Shown here in pieces: positions 41,209 through 48,565 of a stretch of 48,565 bases of DNA (position 1 is its first letter; each line of letters begins with the position of its first letter). This stretch comes from Candidatus Bipolaricaulota bacterium (GTDB lineage: Bacteria; Bipolaricaulota; Bipolaricaulia; UBA7950; UBA9294), in NCBI GenBank assembly GCA_030611415.1, contig JAUWPW010000004.1, forward strand, positions 1 through 48,565, written 5' to 3'. The notes beneath the pieces were generated by a model that had not been told where the DNA came from, ran no database searches, and saw only the letters and a list, made by a program, of their open reading frames with translations. Both the position numbers and the translations under genes were made by a program.

Positions 41209-44081
41209 GGCGGTATGATTTCAGGATTATTGAGGAGCGCTGGCGCGATTTCTGGCGTGAGAATGGTTTTTTTCGCGCGCATACCTCTGATACAAAGCCC
41301 AAGTTTTACTACCTGAATATGTTCCCTTATCCATCTGGCTACCTGCACGTAGGTCATGGACGAAACTACATCATTGGCGATGTGATAACCAGGTTCTACA
41401 TGATGCGCGGGTTCAATGTGCTAAATCCAATGGGTTGGGATGCTTTTGGTCTTCCTGCGGAGAACGCGGCTATTGACAGAGGGATTCATCCACGGGAGTG
41501 GACACTGGCCAACATTGTACAAGCCAAGGAACAGTTTCGTGCGTGGGGCATTGAATACGACTGGGATCGTGAGGTTACAACCTGCCTTCCTGAGTATTAT
41601 CGTTTTACTCAGTGGCTGTTCTTAAAGCTATATAAGCACGGCCTTGCCTACAAGAAACGAGCATCAGTCAACTACTGCCCTAGTTGTAGTACTGTTTTGG
41701 CAAACGAACAGGTTGTGGGCGGTCTATGTGAGCGTTGTGGTACTCCTGCGCAAAAGAAGACGCTCGATCAGTGGTTCTTCAAGATTACAGCATATGCCGA
41801 TCGTTTGCTTGAGGACTTGGAGAATCTTCCCGATTGGCCGGAGAACGTCAAGAAAATGCAGGCAAATTGGATCGGCAGAAGCGAGGGGGCAAAGGTTTGT
41901 TTTCATACTGAACAAGGGGATGAAATTCCTGTGTTTACCACACGGCCCGATACGCTGTGGGGGGCAACCTTTATGGTGTTAGCGCCTGAGCATCCCCTTG
42001 TGGATGAGCTGACTGATCCACAACAACGTGAGACGGTGGAAGCCTATCGCAAGGAAGCAGGCACAAAGACAGAGCAGGATCGACAGTCGATCGAACGAGA
42101 AAAGACCGGTGTTTTTACTGGCGGGTATGCAATCAACCCTGTCAACGAAGAGAAGATTCCGGTGTGGATCGCTGATTACGTGATGATGTCTTATGGAACC
42201 GGCGCGATTATGGCTGTGCCTGCTCATGACGAGCGCGATTTTGATTTCGCCATCAAGTTTGGGCTCCCGATAATTCCCGTAATTGATAGGCTGGATGAAC
42301 AAGCCAAGGCGTTTGTCCAACATGGCGCGGTAAGGCAAGCAATGACCGACGCGTTGCACGAAGCTGGGATTTTGTTTGAAGAGAAGAAAGGATCGTTATT
42401 GGTTACCTTGGAGAAGAAGCAGATCGATTCCTATATCAATTTGGTTCGCAGCTATCTGCTACCAGGAAAGTGGGGTGAGATAGTCGGATCACGGTTTGTT
42501 TTTATCTTCGAGGATAAGGCTGTTGCCCTTGATTCCGTGAAATCGGATCTTGAGATTGTTGCCCGTTGTCACAAGCTTGAGCCGGAACTGCGGGGGAGAC
42601 GTACAGCGATGGAGATACTCGTCAGTCGCGAGCTTTACTCTGACTTGCTCTATCACGCTGATTATGGAGAGATGCTTTACTCTGGATCGTTCAGCGGTAG
42701 TTCAGGGAAAGAAGCTACGACGAAGATAATCAATTGGCTAGAGGAAAAGGGCATAGGCAACAGGATGGTGAATTACCGGCTGCATGACTGGTTGATCTCC
42801 CGGCAACGTTACTGGGGAGCGCCAATCCCGATTATCTACTGCGATAAATGTGGTGTTGTCCCTGTCCCTGAAGAAGACTTGCCCGTGTTGCTACCGGAAG
42901 TTGAATTCATCGGAAAAAAGGGGCTTGCTGATGTTCCGGGTTATGCGGAGATAATCTGTCCACGTTGTGGTGGCTCAGCTAAGCGAGATACCGACACAAT
43001 GGATACATTTGTGGATTCTTCTTGGTATTACCTGCGCTACATCTCACCTCACGACCAGAAACAGCCATTTGTCAAAGATGATGTAGACCGCTGGCTTCCA
43101 GTCGATCAATACGTTGGTGGAGTCGAACATGCTATTCTCCACCTTCTTTATTCGCGATTTGTCACCAAAGCGCTTCACGATCTGGGTTACCTTGGTTTTG
43201 ATGAACCGTTCAAGCGACTGTTTACTCAAGGAATGGTCTGTCACAATGCCTACCACTGCCCCAGGCATGGTTGGCTATACCCTCATGAAGTTAAGGATGG
43301 TCGTTGCCCACAATGTGGCGAGCAGGTAGAGATTTCTAACTTCTCCATGTCTAAGTCAAAGAAGAATGTGGTTGCTCCATCAGAGATAATAGAACGCTAT
43401 GGCGCAGATACAGAACGGCTGTATACATTGTTTATGGGTCCGCCTGATCGGGATATCGAGTGGTCCGAAGAAGGAGTGCGGGGCGCGCTGCGTTTCCTTA
43501 ATCGGTTGTGGAATCTTGTAATTTCTCAGGCCGAAAAAGTTGCGCATGTCCGTGAATCTGTTGATGTGGCTGTGCTGGATAAACCTGGTCGGGCTCTGTG
43601 GCGGCGTTATCATTACACGGTCAAAAAGGTAACTGAGGATATCGGCCCTCGGTTCAGTTTCAATACGGCCATTTCCACGATTATGGAGCTTGTAAATGAG
43701 CTTGGTCGATATGTGCAACAAGGGACATGTGATGCCTTGGTGCGAGAAGTAATCGAGGGGTTAGTGCTGATTCTTTCGCCGTTTGTTCCATTTGTCTGTG
43801 AGGAAATGTGGCGACAGATTGGACGTAGTGACGCAGTACTTGAAAACAAATGGCCAAGCTTCTTGCCTGAGGCGCTTGAGGAGGAAACAGTCGAAATCCC
43901 GGTACAGATTAATGGGAAGCTTCGCGCGCGATTGAGGGTTCCTATTGGAATAAGTCGTGATGCCAGCGCGCTTGAGCAGGCCGCCCTAGATGCCTCAGCC
44001 GTTGCCGAGCGGATCAAAGGGAAGGAGCTTGTCAAGGTGATTGCAGTTCCAGGGCGCATGGTAAGCCTTGTAGTTCGCTAG
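41202..44081 (+). CDS. leuS: Leucine--tRNA ligase with large insertion in the CP1 region
   Basis: [62 protein letters not shown]. Confidence 0.96.
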   Translation: MVRRYDFRIIEERWRDFWRENGFFRAHTSDTKPKFYYLNMFPYPSGYLHVGHGRNYIIGDVITRFYMMRGFNVLNPMGWDAFGLPAENAAIDRGIHPREWTLANIVQAKEQFRAWGIEYDWDREVTTCLPEYYRFTQWLFLKLYKHGLAYKKRASVNYCPSCSTVLANEQVVGGLCERCGTPAQKKTLDQWFFKITAYADRLLEDLENLPDWPENVKKMQANWIGRSEGAKVCFHTEQGDEIPVFTTRPDTLWGATFMVLAPEHPLVDELTDPQQRETVEAYRKEAGTKTEQDRQSIEREKTGVFTGGYAINPVNEEKIPVWIADYVMMSYGTGAIMAVPAHDERDFDFAIKFGLPIIPVIDRLDEQAKAFVQHGAVRQAMTDALHEAGILFEEKKGSLLVTLEKKQIDSYINLVRSYLLPGKWGEIVGSRFVFIFEDKAVALDSVKSDLEIVARCHKLEPELRGRRTAMEILVSRELYSDLLYHADYGEMLYSGSFSGSSGKEATTKIINWLEEKGIGNRMVNYRLHDWLISRQRYWGAPIPIIYCDKCGVVPVPEEDLPVLLPEVEFIGKKGLADVPGYAEIICPRCGGSAKRDTDTMDTFVDSSWYYLRYISPHDQKQPFVKDDVDRWLPVDQYVGGVEHAILHLLYSRFVTKALHDLGYLGFDEPFKRLFTQGMVCHNAYHCPRHGWLYPHEVKDGRCPQCGEQVEISNFSMSKSKKNVVAPSEIIERYGADTERLYTLFMGPPDRDIEWSEEGVRGALRFLNRLWNLVISQAEKVAHVRESVDVAVLDKPGRALWRRYHYTVKKVTEDIGPRFSFNTAISTIMELVNELGRYVQQGTCDALVREVIEGLVLILSPFVPFVCEEMWRQIGRSDAVLENKWPSFLPEALEEETVEIPVQINGKLRARLRVPIGISRDASALEQAALDASAVAERIKGKELVKVIAVPGRMVSLVVR

Positions 44082-44192
44082 CTAGAGAGGATAGATGTGA
44101 ACAGCCTGTCTGTAAGAGGTTTGTGGCGCATCCTGGTTATGTGAAGACTTGAAAAAGATAGAAGAATCTGGTAAGAAGGAAGGTACGATATC

Positions 44193-44265
44193 GGGGCCTT
44201 AGCTCAGTTGGGAGAGCGCTTGCATGGCATGCAAGAGGCCAGGGGTTCGAGTCCCCTAGGCTCCA
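44193..44265 (+). tRNA. tRNA-Ala(GGC), CCA not encoded
   Basis: Acceptor GGGGCCT/AGGCTCC with G3:U70, anticodon arm CTTGC-ATGGCAT-GCAAG, GTTCGA T-loop. Confidence 0.96.
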
Positions 44266-44270
44266 TGAGA

Positions 44271-44570
44271 TAGGGGCGGTTCGCGAACCGCCCATACTTC
44301 ATCTTACCGCAGAGGACGCAGGGAAAGACAGTAATAAGTGATGGGTAATGAGTGATGGGTGAAAAGCAAAGACATCTAAATGCTAAAGACAGATACATTT
44401 AACCGCAGAGGACGCAGAGGGAACCAACAATAGGGTGAAAGACAAGACCATAATACGTAGATCGTTTGTAGCGTCGAGTCTTCGCTTGCCCCGTGCAAGC
44501 CTATTGCACTGGGGCGCCCGACGTTAAAGATGTATCCACCGTCATTCCGGCACACCCCGGTTCGGGGTCT
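44271..44570. repeat. Second repeat/REP mosaic downstream of the tRNA
   Basis: GGGCGGTTCGCGAACCGCCC palindrome (44274-44293), ACCGCAGAGGACGCAG x2, GTGATGG-type heptamers (44331-44362), CGTC-type REP half (44540-44569). Confidence 0.75.
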
Positions 44571-44932
44571 ATTATAAGGTGGACTTCTGGCATGGTGAAT
44601 CCGCTCCTTACCCCTCCTTCTTGACTAACCTCAAGCTTAGTGTTGTAACAACAGGTTTGCAATACCAAGCCAATAGAAGACAAGTTCTCGCTCGCTTTCT
44701 AGATCCATTATGACGGGAGTGGTAGTGTGATATAAGGGAGGAATCTTGAAGGCTACTCATACATCCACTTGTTTGGCACTCCCAAGGTTTGTGAGAATTT
44801 GATCTCCAGGCACGGCTCTTCCTGAGATTTCGTGTTATTCAGTGCTCCGCACACAGGTACTTGTGCCGGTTACTCCTTCGGAGCGGTGGAAAACGGCCTG
44901 AAAACGTCGTAGAAACTCGCGCAGGTAACAAA

Positions 44933-45340
44933 CTAATCAAGTCTCAGGCAGTTATTCAGCGATACAAAGGAACCCTCAACTAGAAAAGGGGCATTTGCGC
45001 CAGAAAACAGAAGTGAAAAGCACTTGAAAAACAAGGTAGGAAACCGGTAAAGGCTGTGAAAGGACAAGTTGTTAGTACGCGGTGTCGGTTTCTTGCTTGT
45101 GTTATGAACCCAATCTTCTCCGTTAGAACCCCAAGTGTACTTGACGTTAGTTGATGAAAGAGCCTGAGAAAAATAATTGATGACTTCATCCTTAACAACT
45201 TCAGGCACGAGCAAGATAAAGTTAACTCTTTCGACCCCCTCAATAAAAGTGGCAGCACTTGTGCCCGTACCGCGCAGGTCTGCACAGTAAACACAACTAT
45301 TAACGAGAACGTAACCTGCGGTTTGTAATGGCTCTGTCAT
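44933..45340 (-). pseudogene. Probable decayed third cassette ORF; N-terminus weakly PIN-like
   Basis: ATG 10 bp after a GTTCGAC core; VLVNSCV...LLVPEVVKDEV; C-terminal third looks non-coding. Confidence 0.3.
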
Positions 45341-45350
45341 TTTCTCTCTT

Positions 45351-45387
45351 GTCGAACGTTGGCTTTGCCTGCAAGCGCTTGTTAGGT
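45351..45387 (-). mobile_element. Truncated attC-like site
   Basis: Minus strand ACCTAAC-AAGCGCTTGCAG...GTTCGAC; ACCTAAC is exactly complementary to the GTTAGGT that opens this cassette; only 37 bp. Confidence 0.6.
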
Positions 45388-45407
45388 ATCATACCAGTAA
45401 ATTGTCG

Positions 45408-46163
45408 TCACACCGACTTCAATAAATCGTCGACTGAGGCCGTCAAGACTTCCCAGCACGTCCTCGACGTGGCTGCATCGAAAGAGGCCTTCTGTGAGAT
45501 ATGTACCCACGGATGCACAACATTGCGTGACTCCCGGAGTGCATGACTAAATTTCCCGCGATCAGACTTTATCCAACCAACATCGACCGCAACGTCAACC
45601 AGAGAATTGAGGTTCCAATCTTGGATTGCACGTACTTTCCCGTTCTTGTCTTTCGGCGCCTTGGACGACCTACATGCCGCAGGCAAATCCATGTTAACAC
45701 GGGAAAGAAGGAGACCTTCAAGAATGCTCCCCATTAGTACAACCGCTGCCAAATTGGCGCCGCTATGTTGGCATTTCTGTGCTTCAAGCCAACGGTCATC
45801 AACCAGTTCTTTGAGGCCTGGCATCGTTGTCGTAATACGTGAAACATCAGGGGCGCGAGTAATGCGCTTTGTCGTTTTGATAGCACCGCTGCCCAACAAC
45901 GTTAGTGCCGAGTTAACATAATTACACAGCGCCTCAAGGCGAACTTGCCGACTGTTGGCTTCGAAATCTTTGTCGCCGTCCATGCTTGAAATCAACACAA
46001 AAAAGCCAGAGGTCGGGACTTCAGCCAGAACCATTTTGACTTCGCGAACTTTGGCATCGACGGCACGTAGCCGTGAGAATTCTTCAGTTCGCGCCACACC
46101 ATTAGCTGTGGCAATTTCGCCCCGAATCTTTGTGAGAAGCCTTCGCGCTGTATCCTGGTCCAT
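45408..46163 (-). CDS. Cassette ORF, C-terminal HEPN-like (DUF4145-like) domain
   Basis: AAVVLMGSILEGLL, WNLNSLVDVA, LRESRNVVHP; RBS GGAGG. Confidence 0.65.
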   Translation of the reverse strand: MDQDTARRLLTKIRGEIATANGVARTEEFSRLRAVDAKVREVKMVLAEVPTSGFFVLISSMDGDKDFEANSRQVRLEALCNYVNSALTLLGSGAIKTTKRITRAPDVSRITTTMPGLKELVDDRWLEAQKCQHSGANLAAVVLMGSILEGLLLSRVNMDLPAACRSSKAPKDKNGKVRAIQDWNLNSLVDVAVDVGWIKSDRGKFSHALRESRNVVHPWVHISQKASFDAATSRTCWEVLTASVDDLLKSV

Positions 46164-46190
46164 TGAGTCCTCCCGATTCCTTTCTTGCGT

Positions 46191-46250
46191 ACCTAACGGA
46201 CGCGCTAAACTGTGCCGTCTTCGGCGTCGTGCTTAAGCGCGTTATTGGGC
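46191..46250 (-). mobile_element. Integron attC site (60 bp)
   Basis: Minus strand GCCCAAT-AACGCGCTTAAGC...GTTTAGCGCGTCC-GTTAGGT: imperfect palindrome with R''/R' cores, overlapping the stop of the upstream ORF. Confidence 0.8.
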
Positions 46251-47326
46251 GTTTCTTTCCTCTGTGACGGTGGTTTGTCAACGCCTCGCTCTTTTGCCCA
46301 CGCTCTCAGCATGGCAACTCTTTCCTTCCAGGCTTCCTTTCTTTCCTTCCAGGCTGCCTTTACCATGGCGTTCTCTATACTCTCTCCCATGGCGTTCTCT
46401 ATACCCTTTCCAAGGTCCTCCAACCACTTGTCCACACCCCACATCTCAATATACTGCTTGTCCATTCCAACACACTGCTGTTCGACTTCCTCCTGGGACA
46501 TGTGGGGAAGGCTCTTGACCCATGCAAGTGTCTCTTGAACCTGTGGATCACTGCACCCGATTTCCGCGATCCTGGAGAAGGTGCGTGAACCCACAAGCTT
46601 CTCCAGCCAGTCCACCTGATGCTCACGAAGCCCGCCGAAAATCGGCGTCTCTATGCCAAATTTCGCGGCATAGTTAAAACGAACCGTTCCGAGAGGATAT
46701 TTCACCAGATGGCATATCGAAAGAACCACGATTACATCTCTGAAACTCCCAAACCATTTCGTGAAGGCGGCCTCTTCGAATGTCTGGAAGTTGCCCTTGA
46801 ACATCCCAAGCTGATTTGAGAACTTGTGCCCTTTCGTGTGAACATAGTTGTGCAGGTAGCCGAACGACAGAAGGCGTGATTGCAGGTCGTAGCTGCGCTG
46901 GAACTCTTGGAAGTTCCGGTGTTTCACGAGCTTCGCCCAAATCTCGCGCAAGCGAGGGGTATCTTTCCTAGACCTTAACCACTCCTTGACAGCCTGATGA
47001 CCGTCGTCATTGAGATTCCAGTAAACTGAAAGCAGGCCAAGCTCGAGCCCACTTCGGAGTGAGACCATGGCCTGCTTGTAGAAGCCGAACAGGGCAAGAT
47101 TGCAGGAGATCTGGATTTCCCGCCAGGATTCCACCCACGGGAAGAAGTGTCCTGACCAGAGGTTCTCCGTTGTGTGCGGAATCAGGTCACCCACAGCGCA
47201 GTAGGTGTGCCCGAGTGTAGTGATTTCTGGCTCCAAGCCTGAGCGATCAAGGAAATCCTTCGATTCCTCGTATACGTCTACGCTCTTGTCCGGGTGCCAA
47301 AAAAACGAAAAGAGTATTGGCTTCAT
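46205..47326 (-). CDS. Cassette ORF, hypothetical, possibly HEPN-like
   Basis: 373 aa; ATG 8 bp after GTTAGGC; YKQAMVSLRSGLE and YLHNYVH; runs into the attC. Confidence 0.7.
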   Translation of the reverse strand: MKPILFSFFWHPDKSVDVYEESKDFLDRSGLEPEITTLGHTYCAVGDLIPHTTENLWSGHFFPWVESWREIQISCNLALFGFYKQAMVSLRSGLELGLLSVYWNLNDDGHQAVKEWLRSRKDTPRLREIWAKLVKHRNFQEFQRSYDLQSRLLSFGYLHNYVHTKGHKFSNQLGMFKGNFQTFEEAAFTKWFGSFRDVIVVLSICHLVKYPLGTVRFNYAAKFGIETPIFGGLREHQVDWLEKLVGSRTFSRIAEIGCSDPQVQETLAWVKSLPHMSQEEVEQQCVGMDKQYIEMWGVDKWLEDLGKGIENAMGESIENAMVKAAWKERKEAWKERVAMLRAWAKERGVDKPPSQRKETPNNALKHDAEDGTV

Positions 47327-47334
47327 TTTAGGTC

Positions 47335-47350
47335 GCCTAACTTGTTATTC
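47335..47350 (-). mobile_element. attI-like core site at the head of the array
   Basis: GAATAACAA-GTTAGGC with no upstream attC palindrome; core matches the GCCCAAT at the cassette end (5/7). Confidence 0.55.
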
Positions 47351-47397
47351 TACCCAAAATCTTCCTCTTACGGGGAATCATTCTCACGACACTACGC

Positions 47398-47426
47398 ATT
47401 CTATGACTCCATTCCTTTACTGTCAA
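47398..47426 (-). promoter_or_regulatory. Pc-like promoter facing the cassette array
   Basis: Minus strand TTGACA-17bp-TAGAAT, ~56 bp upstream of the core site. Confidence 0.75.
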
Positions 47427-47861
47427 GAAGAGAACTGAAGAGACTATTCGATTGAAATCAGCCCGGCGATTAACATAACAACGTAGCTGGCGAGTTATGG
47501 AGATTGTCAATAATCAGGAATCGAAGGCTTGTGCCTGTCTTTCTACTGCTTCTATCCTACGTTCACTGCTCTTCGTTCACTCATCTTCCATTGCCTTCTC
47601 CATCCTCTCTAGCAGATTCCAAAGTCCTTTCCCGCCATTTTCCACCCCAGTGAACGCGCCGAGGCAAGTCTCCAGGAAGTAACGCAGCCGGATAGCTCTA
47701 TCGGACTTATTTAGTTAGGTTGGTTTCCTTCATTTGTGTTTCTCTCTTGGGAATCTAGTTTGTCCATTAATTCCAAATGTTAATCACGTACTTCACCGGC
47801 ACGATGTCGCACAAGGCTGTTCGCGGCAATTTGGATGAATGGATGAAAGCTGCTGCCCCAG

Positions 47862-48203
47862 CTATTGAGCAAGCGAAATCAAACATTCAGCATCAGTCGC
47901 AGCCTTTGTAATTGATACTGGCACTTTGTGCTCTTTTCCTTCATATTGGAACACAATCCAGCAAAGATCGAATGGCTCCTCTAGTGCTTGTGCGATTTTG
48001 GTCGCGTCTCCTTTGAATAGCCCATCCAACTTAGAAAGGGTTTCCGAAACTGGCGCTTTCTTAGTCCCTTCAAATGACGATGTATCCTTCCATCCAATAA
48101 TGCAGTAGCCGGCTGCTGTTAGGGAGCCATCAATCCTAACGTCGCCAACGCTCAGGGTTGCGGCCTCATTCTTGATCTCGAAGGCATAATCTCGCGTCTT
48201 CAT
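47862..48203 (-). CDS. Hypothetical protein (113 aa)
   Basis: ATG 48203 after GGAGGG; no recognised motif. Confidence 0.5.
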   Translation of the reverse strand: MKTRDYAFEIKNEAATLSVGDVRIDGSLTAAGYCIIGWKDTSSFEGTKKAPVSETLSKLDGLFKGDATKIAQALEEPFDLCWIVFQYEGKEHKVPVSITKAATDAECLISLAQ

Positions 48204-48565
48204 ATTCCCTCCATTGCGCGTCACTTCCCCGTACTTGCCATAATAGTGATTCTTGCGCTTCGCACAACTCTTGATTATATAGCACGTTAGTTTTATGACG
48301 TCTCTCGGTGATCAAGATGCCGACCACTCAATCCAAAAGCGAAGAGCCTCACATCCTGTCTGAACTCTTAGCATTCTGCAACCTGATTGTTATTCCATGC
48401 TGTGAGTAAGCTGTTACTGCCTTATCTCAGGAACGCCCTAGTTATTAGAGCAAGGGTCGAAAGTTCTGAGAAATGTCTCGTTTATCAAGGCAAGGGGTTT
48501 TTCCATCTCTTGTTCTTCTTGCTCTAAGCCATGCCCTCAAATTCCTCACCCGTCTTATTGCTCTT

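Noticed and set aside
44488-44530. Hairpin GCCCCGTGCAA...TTGCACTGGGGC as a terminator or attC
   Set aside because: No U-tract and no matching RYYYAAC/GTTRRRY pair
44193-48565. Prophage or ICE integrated at tRNA-Ala
   Set aside because: No integrase, phage genes or duplicated tRNA 3' end seen within the window

Overview
Bacterial chromosomal window, mostly core genes. The lineage is possibly deep-branching, such as Ca. Bipolaricaulota; this is an unverified impression. In order: the 3' end of a group II intron (RT/maturase plus DV/DVI), then a ~0.7 kb mosaic of short tandem-repeat modules and REP-like palindromes containing a four-helix-bundle gene stub. Next come a lone HerA-like ATPase, hpf, a degenerate ThiI-like gene, an FmdB zinc ribbon and a very long rpoC with no rpoB upstream. 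The str-S10-spc-alpha ribosomal cluster follows, lacking tuf and rpmD, with a divergent EF-G and an unusual uS11 tail. After it lie tdh/kbl with an internally deleted ridA, a dipeptidase, an atypical glmS beside a double P-loop protein, topA, a sigma-70, a DUF4139-like protein, a phosphohexomutase, leuS with a large insertion and tRNA-Ala(GGC). The window ends with a second repeat mosaic and an integron-like cassette array: a promoter, an attI-like core, attC sites and HEPN-like cargo, but no integrase in the window. All calls are by eye from motifs; no database searches were run.
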